Assembly: GCA_050273025.1 (NCBI GenBank)
Contig: CP158635.1
Span: forward strand, 13,888,001-13,952,000
Reading direction: 5' to 3'
Source: Cenococcum geophilum
Lineage: Eukaryota
DNA: 64,000 nt
The position numbers and the translations under genes were made by a program. The first letter of the stretch is position 1; each line of letters starts with the position of its first letter. The notes under the pieces were generated by a model. That model was not told where the DNA came from, made no database searches, and saw nothing but the letters and a program-made list of their open reading frames with translations. This document shows, in pieces, positions 13,068 to 25,842 of this stretch.

Positions 13068-13259
13068 AGAAGAGCTATAATAACGTTTATTCTACGTAAA
13101 GAAGGTAAAGTAGACTACTTATTCCTAGGGAGCTACCGCCCTATTGCCTTAAAGAATACCCTTAGCAAGATCTTAGAAAGGGTAATAGCGGACTATATAG
13201 TAGACACGGCTAAAAAACACGCCCTACTACTATAAAGCTAAATAGGGGCAAGAAAGAAC

Positions 13260-13756
13260 TGTCAATAATAATCTCTAATATTGCTTATGTAAGCATTACA
13301 TAAGAACACCCTAGAAGAACCCTATAGCTTTACGCGGTGTATTAGATGGTATTAGCTAGTGTATTAACTAGTATATTAACTAGTATATTAACTAGTGTAT
13401 TAACTAGTATATTAGATGGTATTAGCCAGTATATCAGCCAGTATATTAGGTAACGTATTACCTAGTGTATTAGGTAACGTATTACCTAGTGTATTAGGTA
13501 ACGTATTACCTAGTGTATTAGGTAACGTATCACCTAGTATATTAGGTAATGTATTACCTAGTGTGTTAGGTAACGTATTACCTAGTATATTAGGTAATGT
13601 ATTACCTAGTATATTAGGTAATGTATTACCTAGTATATTAGGTAACATATTACCTAGTATATTAGGTAACGTATTAGAATACGAGACGGAACGTAGACGT
13701 TCCGGAACTAGGGTCTTCCAGGTATATAAAGACTCGATCCCCCATAGATAGACATC
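13260..13756 (+). mobile_element. Copia family A LTR, 3'-truncated, with an expanded 24-bp array
   Basis: Starts TGTCAAT, matches the other LTR copies, and stops at GACATC where a poly-T tract begins. Confidence 0.9.
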
Positions 13757-14290
13757 TTTTTTTTTTTTTTTTTTTTATATCCGTTATATTATACTACGTA
13801 CAATACTGCGCATGCAGCCTCTAGGCTATGGCGCTATAGTTCTATATATATGAATCCTTCCTAGGCAGCTTAATATATACTAGTAGCTAAGTGGACACTC
13901 TGGCCCGTTTTTAAAATGCTAGGGGAGCTCTAGCGACTGGTGTTTTTTCATTCTGGTATTTTGCTTACTATGGTCCAGTTTACACCAAGAAAAGAAAATC
14001 CTGGCTCTTTTATCTATTTCTGCCGTATTCTGCCGTTCCTAGAGTAGAAAAAGCGCTCTAAAAGAAAGATTTTTATTAAATAGTTTTGCACTTAAGAATA
14101 AGAGGCGTTACAATAGCTTGCTAGCTTGGAAGCAGCTACCAATTACCCCTAAAGCGACTTTTTATCCTATACCCTATCTCTTCTCCTTACTAAAGAAATG
14201 GGTAGGGAATTAGTAATTAATAGGTACTCTCCCTAAAAATAACCTACTAATGGTATTTTATAAGGGCGAACCTCGTTATATAAACCTCCC
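13757..14290 (-). mobile_element. Family D retroposon, 5'-truncated copy
   Basis: Poly-T tract followed by the reverse complement of the family D tail and body (closest to the 24360-24890 copy). Confidence 0.88.
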
Positions 14291-14296
14291 TATATA

Positions 14297-14366
14297 TATA
14301 TAAGGAGTAGTCCGCGTAGGCCTAATAGGGATCTAAATCGGACGTTAAGCAATAAATTATTATTAT
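14297..14366 (+). mobile_element. LINE A 3'-terminal stub (~70 bp)
   Basis: ATAAGGAGTAGTCCGCGT...TCGGACGTTAAGCAATAAATTATTATTAT matches 40211-40272. Confidence 0.85.
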
Positions 14367-14536
14367 ATTTATGCTTTTTAAATTAATATAATAAAAAGAA
14401 CTTTATTTAGTACCTAAAGAGCTTAAATAATTTTTATTTATAAATATAATAAAAAGAACTTTAAATTAGATATATTTAAAAATATATTAGAATATATTTA
14501 GAACTAAATTAGAACTGTTTATATTAACTTAATAAT

Positions 14537-17500
14537 TAATAATTCATTGCTTAACGTCCGATTCGGATCCCTATTAGGCCCACGCGGACTACTCCTTATT
14601 TACATGTAGGGAGAAAACTCTATTTAAGAAAAATAAGAAAACCCCGTAATCTATCTCCCCGCCTTTTAGGACTCGCCTACTTAGCGCCTATAAGTCGCCT
14701 ATAGTGCTCTACTACCTTACTATTTAACCTCCTTAGGAACCACTGCTGCCGTAACAAGCCTACGGACGCGCTAGTATTATAAACTATTACTCTACTACTG
14801 TAGAGTTACTAGGGGGCACCTACTGCTCGCCCCCTTGCCTTTTATTACTATTTCCCTTGCAACCTAGAACTGATTTAGCACATTTTAACTAATAAGCCAC
14901 TAGGTGACCGCCTTAAGGCCTTTTTATATTAAGAGCAGTGTATTATAATTCTCTATGCTAGCTACTAAGAGCATTATTTCTTAATTGGTGTGTAGGGGGC
15001 ATAGCAGTATTACGTGTTTTGGTGTCTATCTTAGCTAGCTACATTTATATCTTAGGCTACCTACTAGGACACCCACCCAGTAAAGCCAATCTTTTAGTCC
15101 TATTATTCCTGTTCTTAAGAGTATTGCTATTATATTTTCTGCCTTTATTAGGCCTTCTCGGAGCCCTTAGGTATTTACCCCCCATAGCGTTAACCATACT
15201 ATAGCTTAGGTTTGTCTTACCTAAGTTAGCCTCTATACCTTTAACTCCTATTCGCCTCTCTAGCGTTGGTCCAACCAGTATTGTATTACGGTAAATAGTT
15301 TCCCAGCGTTCTTACGTGTTCTACTTTAGCTCCTTTCTCTATCTTACTATTATTTTTGCTAACCTCTTACGCATCTTCCTTCCTCCTCTATATGGGCCTA
15401 GGCCCTAAAGCGGCACTATTCTTCTTTTACTTTCTTTACCTGTTTCTCTAATATTTCTTCCCTACTTTAGGGTTATTGGTTTATTCTCCTATAGGGCACC
15501 CTAGGGTCCCTCTATAGTTTACTTAGGCGTGTTTTAATGTATTTTATAATATTAGAGTTACGTTTATTTTGCGTTCTTTATATTATAGCGGCTTTAATAT
15601 ATAACTATAGGGGGGGAATATTAGATTCCTTCTTAAGTAGTGCTATAGCCGTTTACTTATACCCGCCTATAATACTCCGGAGGTAGGCTGTTTGGACCTT
15701 TTAAAGTGGTTTAAGGAGTGATTTTAGGGGGCCCTTTTTAGTTTCTCTAATGGCCCAGATACTAGATCTATATGTTATAGTTAGCCGGACGACTGCTATA
15801 TATAGTAGGCGTGACCTCTAGAAGCATGGACCCTATATAGAATTAATAATCCTAGATAAAGCGATAAACTGTGCTTAGCCTTTACGGGCCGCTTGCGCCG
15901 TATATGCGCTCTACTAGAGCTTACTATCTACCCATACTCCTAATACCCTTAGGCCCTAAACTGGTTAACCCCTAAAGCCTTAAATACGAATTATATGCTA
16001 GAGATCTGCAGATTGGTTGCGTTTTCTTATAAAATGGATTAGCTAGTATTTCTCTAGTAAGAATTAGACTCTATGGCGTTTTGCCTACTCTATATAAGTA
16101 TTATAGGCTTTCTCTAGTATTCTGCAGTTTTCTGCGGCTGTTGGCCCGTATATAATTAGGTTTATATTATTAACGAAGCCTATCCCCTAGGTCGCCCCTT
16201 TTTTAAAAGAGTTAAGCAGGTTACTTATAAAGAAAAGGAAGAGTATAGGCGAGAGGGGTAATTTTTGTAGTATTCCTATTGCAACTGTAATGGGGGGGCT
16301 CTGGTATCCGCTGAAGACTAGTGATGTTTCTTTCTGGCCTATAAACCCTTGGATAAATTATATAATCTATTCTAGGAAGCCCTTTGCCCTAAGGATATAC
16401 AGAAGACGCTTGTAGGGTATATTATTATAGGTACCACTAATGTCTAGGCTAAGCATTGATACTATAAAGTCCTTTTATATCGCCTATGCAGATTTAATGG
16501 TGGCAGCGAGTAGCGTAAGTGCTGATAGTGTTGAGCGGTTCTTTCTTGCCCCTATTTGGCTTTGTAGTAGTAGGGCGTGTTCCTCTACCGTGTCTACTAT
16601 GCGTTCCGCTATTACCCTTTCTAAGATCTTGCTAAGGGTGTTTTCTAAGGCAATAGGGCGGTAGCTTCCTAGGATTAAGTAATCTGCTTTACCTTCTTTT
16701 TATAGAATAACCGTTGTTATAGATCTTCCAAGTCGCGGGTAGTAGCCTATAGTAAAGCATGCTCTGGCTACATCTGTAAGCTAAGGTGCTATAAGTGGCC
16801 TATAGGTTTTTAGGGCCTTATTTAGAATCCTATCTAGTTCTAGTGCTGTATTGTTTAAAAGGCGGCTAATAGTTCTAGCCATTTCCTCTGTTGTTATGTC
16901 GCTGTCGACCCGTAGGCGAGTTACTAGTGTTTTGCCCGTAATATTACTGAGGTCTGCTAGAGCTGGTTAGAGGAAGAACCTTTCTATAAGGATCTTTACC
17001 TTCTTATTATTGTTGTTTGTGGCCTGTAATTCTCCTACTCTTTATAGGGGTGGTAGGTGTAGGTCTTCTGCTAGGCGCCCTGCCTTTTTTTTTGCCCATT
17101 TCGCTATATCCCAAAGGCCCTTGTTATGGGGGAGGCTCGGGTTAGAAGTATGCTCGTTTATAAACCGTCTCCAGTTATTCCTTACTTCTTTTTTTAGGGT
17201 ATTCTTTAGCTGGTTTCTTGTGTCTTTATATTGTCTCTCGTCTTTAGGGTCGTGGCTGCTTGTATATTTCCTTCTTGCTTATCGTTAGCTGGCAACTAGA
17301 ACTGCGCATTATGTGGACTATGCGTGTCGCGCGTAGGGGCCCGGTTTTAAGATCGGGCAGTGCTCTTCTAGCCTATTTTTAATCGCTGCCTGGATCCTTT
17401 CTAGTCTTCGGTTGATTTCCTCGGGGGTAGTCAATAGGCCTCGCTCGTTTAGTATTGGGTGGATTTCTTCTAGGTCTTAGAGTTGTTGTTTGACTGTATT

Positions 17501-18364
17501 AAGGAAACTATTTATCTTAAGCTTCCTTATTGCGTATCTTTTTCTATTTAGTTGCGCTTTAGTATCTAGGTCTAGCTGTATCTAGATAGGGATATAGTCT
17601 AGGGTAAGTGCCCATTCTTCTTCGGGGTTGTACCTTTTGAGTCTCTGGTATAGGCCTTCGTCCATAAATGTGAGGTCAATTGTACTTCTGGCGGTGCCTT
17701 GTTGCCATGTAATTGCTCCTAGGGGGGTGGCTAGCTTAAGGCCCCAGATATCTATAGCTCTTAGTAGGCACTCTGACTGTTGGTCTGCAGCAATATGGAT
17801 ACCCCCCCACCGCGGGTGGTGGAGGTTTATGTCTCCTAATAGGATAGACTCTGTACCTTCGGTTTCTAGTAAGCTTATTACCGATATAATATTCTCTATT
17901 TGTGGGACCCCTTCGACCCTAGGGTTATACATATTAATAATTTGTACCGGTCCCCTATATGTTTGGATTGTTATAACTGCAATATCTCGGTTAACTGCCT
18001 GCTATGACTATGAGGACAGGCTGATAGCCTTGCTGATCATAAAGCACACACGTGTGGCTGCTTTTGGTTCGTATAGGAGCTGGAATCCTCAGGGGCAGTA
18101 TATCGATTGTGTGAAGGTATTATAATACGGCTCTTATATAGCAAGGATATGGTGTTTCTCTAGGTCTAGACTGTCTAGTAGGGGCCTTACAAGGCGGTGG
18201 TTTGTGTTGCCGCAGTTATATTGTATAATGGATAGGTGGCGGACCCCCGGCGAGGGTCCTTCGACTCTCCTTCGTTCCTCGCTTCTTCTGTTTCCACTTT
18301 CTCTAGGATATTCGGAGCTTCTATCTCTTGTGTCTACACCCTAGTTACTACTCATTTTGTGTAG
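14537..18364 (-). mobile_element. LINE family A, 5'-truncated copy (all of ORF2), only moderately mutated
   Basis: 13-bp TSD TTAACTTAATAAT at 14524-14536 and 18365-18377. ORF 17582-17932 keeps the APE endonuclease motifs LLGDINLHHPRWGG and STIDLTF. Confidence 0.92.
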
Positions 18365-20968
18365 TTAACTTAATAATATAGGTAAGTTATATCTAAGGGT
18401 ACGAAATACGTATAGTATCGTATGCTCTTTTAGATGGTGGTAACTATCGATTCTATTTAAGTAGACTACGTAGTCTATATACTAACGCGCCCTCCCCCTA
18501 ATTAGTTATAAGTAAGTGGTTAGTGCACCAAATGCGTGTTTACGCGTTTGGTACACTAGGTGCTATAATTATATACTAGCGGCACTTAAAGATAGACCCA
18601 CTTATATATAGTCTCCGTAATTGCTTTAATAAAACTATAGAACATAAAAGGAATATATAGGAAATCCCTCCTAAGGTGCCTTCTGGGTTGCCTTCTAAAC
18701 GGTGCTCTAAGCTGGCTATAAGTCCTATTTTCAGTCCGTAAAATAAACCATACGGCCCTTTAATGGGCTGTAAATAAACCATACGGCCTTCTAACGGGCC
18801 GTAAATAAACTGTAAGTGCTCCGTTAGTCTTATTCTACCTATTCTATAACGTTTAGATTAAGCTTATTTGTGTTAATTAGGGTTTTAAGAACTTGGTACG
18901 GCTTTGCCTTAGTTATAGCGTCCACTAAATTGTCTCCGCTGCTGATCTATTTAACCTCTGTAATTTTACGTCGTTTATAGGCCTAATATAAGTATATTAG
19001 GTCGACTATAAGCCTCTTCTTTTATGTTGTACCTAGTTTAACTAGGTAGTTATAGAGGGACTTTAAATTAGTGCATAAGACTAGGGGTAACTGCTCCAAT
19101 TATAGAATCTTCTAGATTGTTAATTTAATTGCGGCTGCTATATTAAAGCTATAAGCTAGTATATATAGTTTAAAAGCTAGTACACTGCGGGTTACTTGTT
19201 TGCATTTAATTAAAGACTAATATAGTATATTTGCGTCCTAATTATAGTCTATAAGTACAATTATAAAGCCAATTTATAAAGATAGGTCTCTATTATTAGT
19301 AAAGGAGGTGTCCGTAAATACTAGTACGCTAAGGGAATTTAGGTCTAGTGGTATAAAAAGTAAATCCTCTTATTATATTGTTAATTTGCTACTAAATACG
19401 CTTATTAAGCTGCTTAATATTTTTCTTTTATATATCTATTACCTGGGCCGCAAAGGATAAATTATAGGCAGATTTAGGTTAACAGACTATAGTAATATAG
19501 GCGCCTTTTACACGCTATGTAACGTATTAGTCCTTTATATTTATAGTCTTATTGGTCTCTCTATAGGAACTAATAAGGTCCGTAGGCTTTACTATAATAA
19601 GCCTTAGGTTTTAAGCTTAGCGTTTTTAAGTTAGTTAGATTAAGTTACCCTTTTATATAATTAAACCTCTATTAAACTTAATTAGAGTCTGCTTAGTTAA
19701 CTGCTTTTATAGCTTTATTAGGAACTTAGCTTCTTATAGTTTAGTCTCTTTAGCGTCCGTAAAAGTCTAGTCCACTAAGAAGAGGGTATTATCTATTTAG
19801 AGTCTAATAATATTAAGGCCGTTTAATGGGGTATATAGGAGGTAGGGATTATATATTAACTACTCTATCTTAAGTTTATAGATATAATGCTAGTAATATA
19901 TCTTAAACCAGTGGTTTTTAGCTTTCGGCACTCCGTAAAGGGGTTTTATAACCTATAAAATTGTTCTTAGTTATAAATTAAGCTTAAGGGGTGGTTATAT
20001 AGATGTCTCTACTTAGGTAGGTATTAGACTATATATAGGCTTATAAGATATCCCGTAAGTAGAGGGCTACGGATTTAGTTTGTTATAGTCTAGGCGTATG
20101 TATAAGTATAATCCGTTAACTAACTCGTTAAATTATAAGTGATTGTATAAGGACTAAGTCCTTTTTCTAGTCGTTATAAGCTTATATAATAAGCCTTAAT
20201 TTCCTAAAGGCTTTATTAGTATTAGGGTGCTTAATCTTATTAATAAAGCGTAAGTTAAATATATAGACACCTTGCAGAACGTCTCTCTCTATTATAACTG
20301 TAAAGACGCCCTTTTTAAGTAGTCCGTTAATCTCTTTACGTTATAAGTCCGTAAAAGGGGTTTCTTGTACTAAGACTAATATATTTATAGGTAGGAGTTG
20401 CCTTGCGGATATGCCTGCGGAGGTTAGGTAATTCTTTATTATAGGGTTTTTAGTTATAGGGTTTTTAGTTATAGGGTACTTTTAGGGGCGTCCTTAGCTA
20501 CGCTTTATAGCGGGTTTAGCGGGTTTAGTAAGTTTATAGGGGACTTTTAGAGTAGGTAAGGGTGCTTCTAGTTTGTCTAGTTTAGCATTATAGATATTTT
20601 TAGACCGAAAATAGGGTTTTATAGATGTGCTTTTAAAGCTAGTTAGTCCGCTAAAGAGTTATATATAGTATGTTTTGTCTTTTATAGCTAGTAAATAATA
20701 AGGTCTAGTCTAATTGCCGCTCTTACGCTATATAAGGACTTTAGAGTTAAGCGGGAGGTTATATACTAAGGTTATGTTAGGTCTATTACGGTAATATAGA
20801 GCGCTATTAACAGTTTATTTAGCCTATAGCTTAACTATTTTGGCTATTGCCTTTTATATTGCAGCTGCTTAATCTATAATAGACGGGGCAGAAGGTTCTA
20901 GTTTGCCTATCCTTAGGTAAGCTCTATAAACTAAAAGGGTAGGTACTAGTCCGTTAGGGCTAGCGGTG
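18365..20968 (-). mobile_element. Ty1/Copia family B fragment (integrase end, RT, RNase H, probable PPT and 3' LTR)
   Basis: Minus strand reads KPLYGVPKAKNHWF near 19903-19947, VFTDTSF, and SGDNLVDAITK near 18908-18940. A purine tract (GGGGGAGGGCG) lies at 18488-18498. The AT-rich 14367-14536 appears to be the same host across the LINE TSD. Confidence 0.75.
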
Positions 20969-21648
20969 TTTTTATTTATTTATTTATTTATCCATTGTAT
21001 TATACTACGTACAATACTGCGCATGCAGCCTCTAGGCTATGGCGCTATAGTCCTATATACATGAATCCCTTAGGGCAGCTTAATATGTACTAGTAACTAA
21101 GTGGACACTCTAGCCCGTTTTAGATGCTAGGGGAGTTTTGTCCTGGTATTTTGCTCTCTAATATTTAGTTTGCACTAAGGAAATAAAGAAATCCTAGCTC
21201 TTTTATTTATTTCTGCCGTATTCTACCGTTCCTAGAGTAGAAAAAGCGCTCTAAAAGATAGATTTAGTAACATTTTTGCATATAAAAACAAAGGGCTTTA
21301 TATAGTTTGCCAGCAGTTTTCTACCGTTTTCTCATTCCCTAGTAGTTGCTTGTAACTTAGTATTTTACTAAGGAACTATAAACCCCTAGTTTAGGGGCTT
21401 ATAAACTACTAGGACATAGTTACTAGTACATGTTAAGCTGCCCTAAGGGATTCATATATATAGGACTATAGCGCCATAGCCTAGAGGCTGCATGCGCAGT
21501 ATTGTACTAGTATAATACAATGGATATAAAAAAAAATAGTTTGCCAGCTTGGAGACAACTACTAGTTATTCCTATACGACTTTTTTTGGTAATGTAACCT
21601 ATTTTTTCTCCTTGCTTAAGAATAGGTAGGGAATTAGTAATTAATAGC
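20969..21648 (-). mobile_element. Family D retroposon copy (-), interrupted by a LINE C stub and truncated by a Copia LTR
   Basis: T-rich end, then the reverse complement of 12625-13055. Confidence 0.88.
21315..21535 (+). mobile_element. LINE C 3' stub (221 bp)
   Basis: 13-bp TSD ATAGTTTGCCAGC at 21302-21314 and 21536-21548. It is the reverse complement of 53500-53718 and ends in poly-A. Confidence 0.9.
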
Positions 21649-23654
21649 TGTCAATGATAATCTCTAATGTTGCTTATGTAAGCATTACATAAGAACACCC
21701 TGGAAGAACCCTACGGCTTTACGCGGTGTATTAGATGGTATCAGCTAGTGTATTAACTAGTGTATTAACTAGTGTATCAGATAGTATCAGCCAGTGTATC
21801 AGCCAGTATATCAGGTAACGTATTACCTAGTATATCAGGTAACATATCACCTAGTATATCAGGTAATGTATCACCTAGTATATCAGGTAACGTATTACCT
21901 AGTATATTAGGTAACGTATCAGAATACGAGACGGAACATAGACGTTCCGGAACTAGGGTCTTCCAGGTATATAGAGACTCGATCCCCCATAGATAGACAT
22001 CATCAATTGCATCAAGTTCATCCACTTTACTTACTTCACTATATCGTTCACCCTATCATCCTCCGACCTCCACTTACGCAAATTAACAGGCTATAAGCCT
22101 AGCTACTCTAACCTCAACCAAATCTCAATTAATTTTCGACTAAAACGCCAAAATCTGACCTCGACCAAATATCAATCAATTATTAACCAATTTTTTGATT
22201 AAATTTAAACCATATCTTAAGTCAATTTTATCTCTATTTCACTATCACTTAAATTTCATTTTAGTCAAATCTTAATCAAATCTTAATCGAATCTTAAGTA
22301 TATCATTTAATTTATCTATTCTTTTGATTTTATCTACTTATTCAACTCCTATCATTCTATTTTACTTGTCCAAATCCTATCATTCGATTTTATTCAAATC
22401 CTACCATTCAATTTTATCTGTTTAATCCTATCGTTCAATTCTATTTATCTATTCGCAGATAAAATATTAGACAAAATCTTAATCGAAAAGCTTATTGGGC
22501 AATCCAACTACAAAGTCTGGAGCCTTTGGGTCCAATCACTTCTTATAAAAGGATTGCTTAATAATACTATAGAAGAAGGAGTTGTCAATGATGATCTCTG
22601 ATGTTGCTTATGTAAGCATTACATAAGAACACCCTGGAAGAACCCTACGGCTTTACGCGGTGTATCAGATGGTATCAGCTAGTGTATCAGCTAGTGTATC
22701 AACTAGTGTATCAACTAGTGTATCAGATGGTATCAGCCAGTGTATCAGCTAGTGTATCAGGTAACGTATCACCTAGTGTATTAGGTAACGTATCACCTAG
22801 TGTATCAGGTAATGTATCGCCTAGTGTGTCAGGTAACGTATCACCTAGTGTATTAGGTAACGTATTAGAATACGAGACGGAACGTAGACGTTCCGGAACT
22901 AGGGTCTTCCAGGTATATAGAGACTCGATCCCCCGTAGATAGACATCATCAATTGCATCAAGTTCATCCACTTCACTTACTTCACTATATCGTTCACCCT
23001 GTCGTCCTCCGACCTCCGCTTACGCAAATTAACAGGAGTTACCCTAAAAGGGGAAATCAACCAAAAAGCCTTAGCCAATATAAGGCTAACAATTAAGGAT
23101 GGACCTCTCTTGCAAATACGGTATTCCAAAACAGCTCTAGAAGCATGGAAACTATTAAAAAATCTCTACAGCCCAAAAGGGTTTAGCTTAGAATTCTTAA
23201 TCTATAAAGAGCTTTTTAAAACTACCTTATCTAAATACTCTTCTATAGAGGAGTATTTAAATAAAGTAAAGCAACTTACCGACCAATTAAAAGCCAAAGG
23301 CATAGAATTGCCAAATTAGGTAATTATTACTTAGGTTTTAAATAACCTAACCAGTCCTTATAAGGGATTTGTTATAATAGTTACCCAATCTTACAGAACC
23401 AATTCTAGTACCATTAACTTAGAAAACCTATTTTCTAACTTACTAGACGAATCTAGAAGACAGGTATCTAAAGATCAGAAAATAGCCTTAGTTATAGGGT
23501 CTTAACGACCTAGGACTAATCGGACAAATTAAATATATAAAAACAAGTACTGTAAGAAGTATAGAACAACTACGCATTCTACAAAGGACTGTTTTTATCT
23601 ATTTCCTAAAAAGGCCCCAAAAGGCTTTAAAACCAAGCACCAATATAAGCCAAA
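21649..23654 (+). mobile_element. Copia family A 5' half: LTR 21649-22088, PBS, gag remnant
   Basis: TG...AACA LTR followed by GGCTATAAGCC (degenerate GGTTATGAGCCC, a typical Copia PBS). Gag remnant LEAWKLLKNLYSPKG and zinc knuckle CKK(C)RTTTHSTKDC near 23550-23592. Confidence 0.9.
22583..23034 (+). mobile_element. Copia family A solo LTR (452 bp) inside Copia A gag
   Basis: 5-bp TSD GGAGT at 22578-22582 and 23035-23039; TG..CA ends. Confidence 0.95.
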
Positions 23655-24150
23655 CTACAACTGTCTGCCGCAGGGCAGACGACCCCTTCTACAACTGTCT
23701 GCCACAGAGCAGACGACCCCTTCTACAACTGTCTGCCGCAGAGCAGACGACCCCTTCTACAACTGTCTGCCGCAGAGCAGACGACCCCTTCTACAACTGT
23801 CTGCCGCAGAGCAGACGACCCCTTCTACAACTGTCTGCCGCAGAGCAGACGACCCCTTCTACAACTGTCTGCCGCAGGGCAGACGACCCCTTCTACAACT
23901 GTCTGCCGCAGGGCAGACGACCCCTACAACTGTCTGCCGCAGGGCAGACGACCCCTACAACTGTCTGCCGCAGGGCAGACGACCTCTTCTACAACTGTCT
24001 GCCGCAGGGCAGACGACCTCCTCTACAACTGTCTGCCGCAGGGCAGACGACCTCCTCTACAACTGTCTGCCGCAGGGCAGACGACCTCCTCTACAACCAG
24101 TCTGCTGCAAGGCAGTAGACGACCTCTACTACAACCGGTCTACGGCTGCC
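23655..24150 (+). repeat. 34-bp tandem array (CTACAACTGTCTGCCGCAGAGCAGACGACCCCTT), about 14 units, highly homogeneous
   Basis: Seen directly; a few 31-bp variants. Confidence 0.95.
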
Positions 24151-24914
24151 GCGCTATAGGCAATCAAACTATAGAGGACCGCAGGCGTACCGTAGGCGCA
24201 CCGTAGGCGTACCGCAGACGATGCACTGCTAGGGTAGCTATAGTAGGGGATAGGGGAAGGGGACCGGCCCGCGTTACCATTAGCACGTTAAATATAAGGT
24301 GTATAGGCGAATTGGTGTTTATACCCTATACAGACAACCTCGTGAAAATTTTCCTATGGGAGTGGGTTTATGTAACGAGGTTCGCCCTTATAAAATACTA
24401 TTAGTAGGTTACTTTTAGGGAGAATACCTACTAATTACTAATTCCCTACCCATTTCTTTAGCAAGGAGGAGGAATAGGGTATAGAATAAAACAGTCGTAT
24501 AGGGGTAATTGGTAGCTACTTTCAAGCTAGTAAGCTATATGGTTTCTCTTATTTCTTATATGCAAAACTACGTTAAAAATCTATCTTTTAGAGCGCTTTT
24601 TCTACTCTAGGAACGGCAGAATACGGCAGAAATAGATAAAAGAGCCAGGATTTCCTTAGTGCGATTTTCTTGGTGTAAACTGGACTATAGTGAGCAAAAT
24701 ACCAGGACGAAAAAACACCAGTCGCTAGAGCTCCCCTAGCATTTTAAAACCGGGCCAGAGTGTCCACTTAGCTACTAGTACATGTTAAGCTGCCTAGAAA
24801 GGATTCATGTATATAGAACTATAGCGCCATAGCCTAGAGGCCGCATGCGCAGTATTGTTCGTAGTATAATACAACGGACCCAAAAAATAAAAATTAAATT
24901 AAATTAAATTAAAT
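23655..24914 (+). mobile_element. Family D retroposon, second subfamily, starting inside its tandem array
   Basis: Body from 24230 aligns with 12410 onward. Same LINE-C tail, and an (AAATT)n end. No TSD found. Confidence 0.85.
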
Positions 24915-25153
24915 AGGTATATAGTAGATAGAATATCCGCCGGTTATAGAGAGGGCTAGCGGCGTAGGTGTAAGCGTTTAGCGTTAGTATTTACTACGCG
25001 GCTTAGAAATGAACGACTGAGGGGAGTCAAAAGTAAGATGGAAGGTTAAATGCTTGATATTTGGTAGGGTAAGAAGCTCGTATTATATACAACAATAATT
25101 AGGTAGCTGGTAACAGCCACCCTATATTAGGCCCAGCCACCCAATTCTCAACA
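24915..25153. mobile_element. Possible LTR remnant of an unassigned family
   Basis: Ends in ...TCTCAACA, a typical LTR terminus. There is no second copy in the window. Confidence 0.3.
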
Positions 25154-25383
25154 GCGGTACAGAGGCAAAATTAGAGCCTCTACGGTAATAACAACTTCCT
25201 CTTAATATCGCGCGGGTATAAGGAGCTAAGGATCTTATAACTTATAGAGTAGGCTTTTCTCTATAATTTAATATACTTTTAATATTTACAGGTATTATAG
25301 GAGGGTAGATTAATTTCGTTAAAGTTAATAAAGTCTTCTTATATAAATAGTGTTTAGGTTTTCTATAAAGCTCGCCAAAGTCT

Positions 25384-25473
25384 CTCAGACCAAGAAAACG
25401 ATTGCCGTCCTAAATCAGCTTAGCAGACGGTGCGGATATTCCTATATCCGCATAATCGATTTCTTGGTCTAAG
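25384..25473. other. 90-bp T/Y-shaped nested palindrome upstream of the gene
   Basis: Outer arms 25384-25404 and 25453-25473 enclose two adjacent hairpins, 25405-25430 and 25431-25452. Confidence 0.8.
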
Positions 25474-25842
25474 CTTCTGAGGTAACTCTATGCCAGCCTC
25501 CTTCCTAATCCAGAACGCCAAGAGAGCAAGTTTATGGCTTATTGGTGGCGCATTAGTGGCGCAGAGGGCAGGAACTTTTGACCCACACCTCTATATACTT
25601 ATATCTATCTTAAAATTCTTATATCTTTAATATGTTGATAAACTAGGCTTAAAATTATCCGCCTCATTTGAATTTGGCGTTCTGTCGATTCTGCCCTTGC
25701 CTACCGCCCAGAGAGGATTCCGGCCGCGAACTCCCTATCCTTTGAGGATATTTCATACTGAATCAACTACGTTCAACTACATTCATGGCCGTCTCGTACA
25801 CACAAATGTCAGTCCTCTATCGACCAGATATTAGGAGCGCAA

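Larger units (their letters stand above)
3756..13259 (+). mobile_element. LINE family A host copy (+), fragmented: 3756-3827, 9395-11742 and 13068-13259; cut off by a Copia LTR at 13260
   Basis: The pieces are reverse-complementary to the full-length copy (ORF1 end, endonuclease GDINL motif near 10623, start of RT YRPIAL.NTLSKILE near 13134). They join across the two nested insertions via TSDs. Confidence 0.85.

Noticed and set aside
3521..18782. Many 60-160 aa ORFs in the AT-rich regions as host genes
   Set aside because: They are sense or antisense fragments of RIP-mutated LINE and Copia sequence.
23655..24150. 34-bp and 41-bp arrays as CRISPR arrays
   Set aside because: Units are head-to-tail with no unique spacers, there are no cas genes, and the context is eukaryotic.
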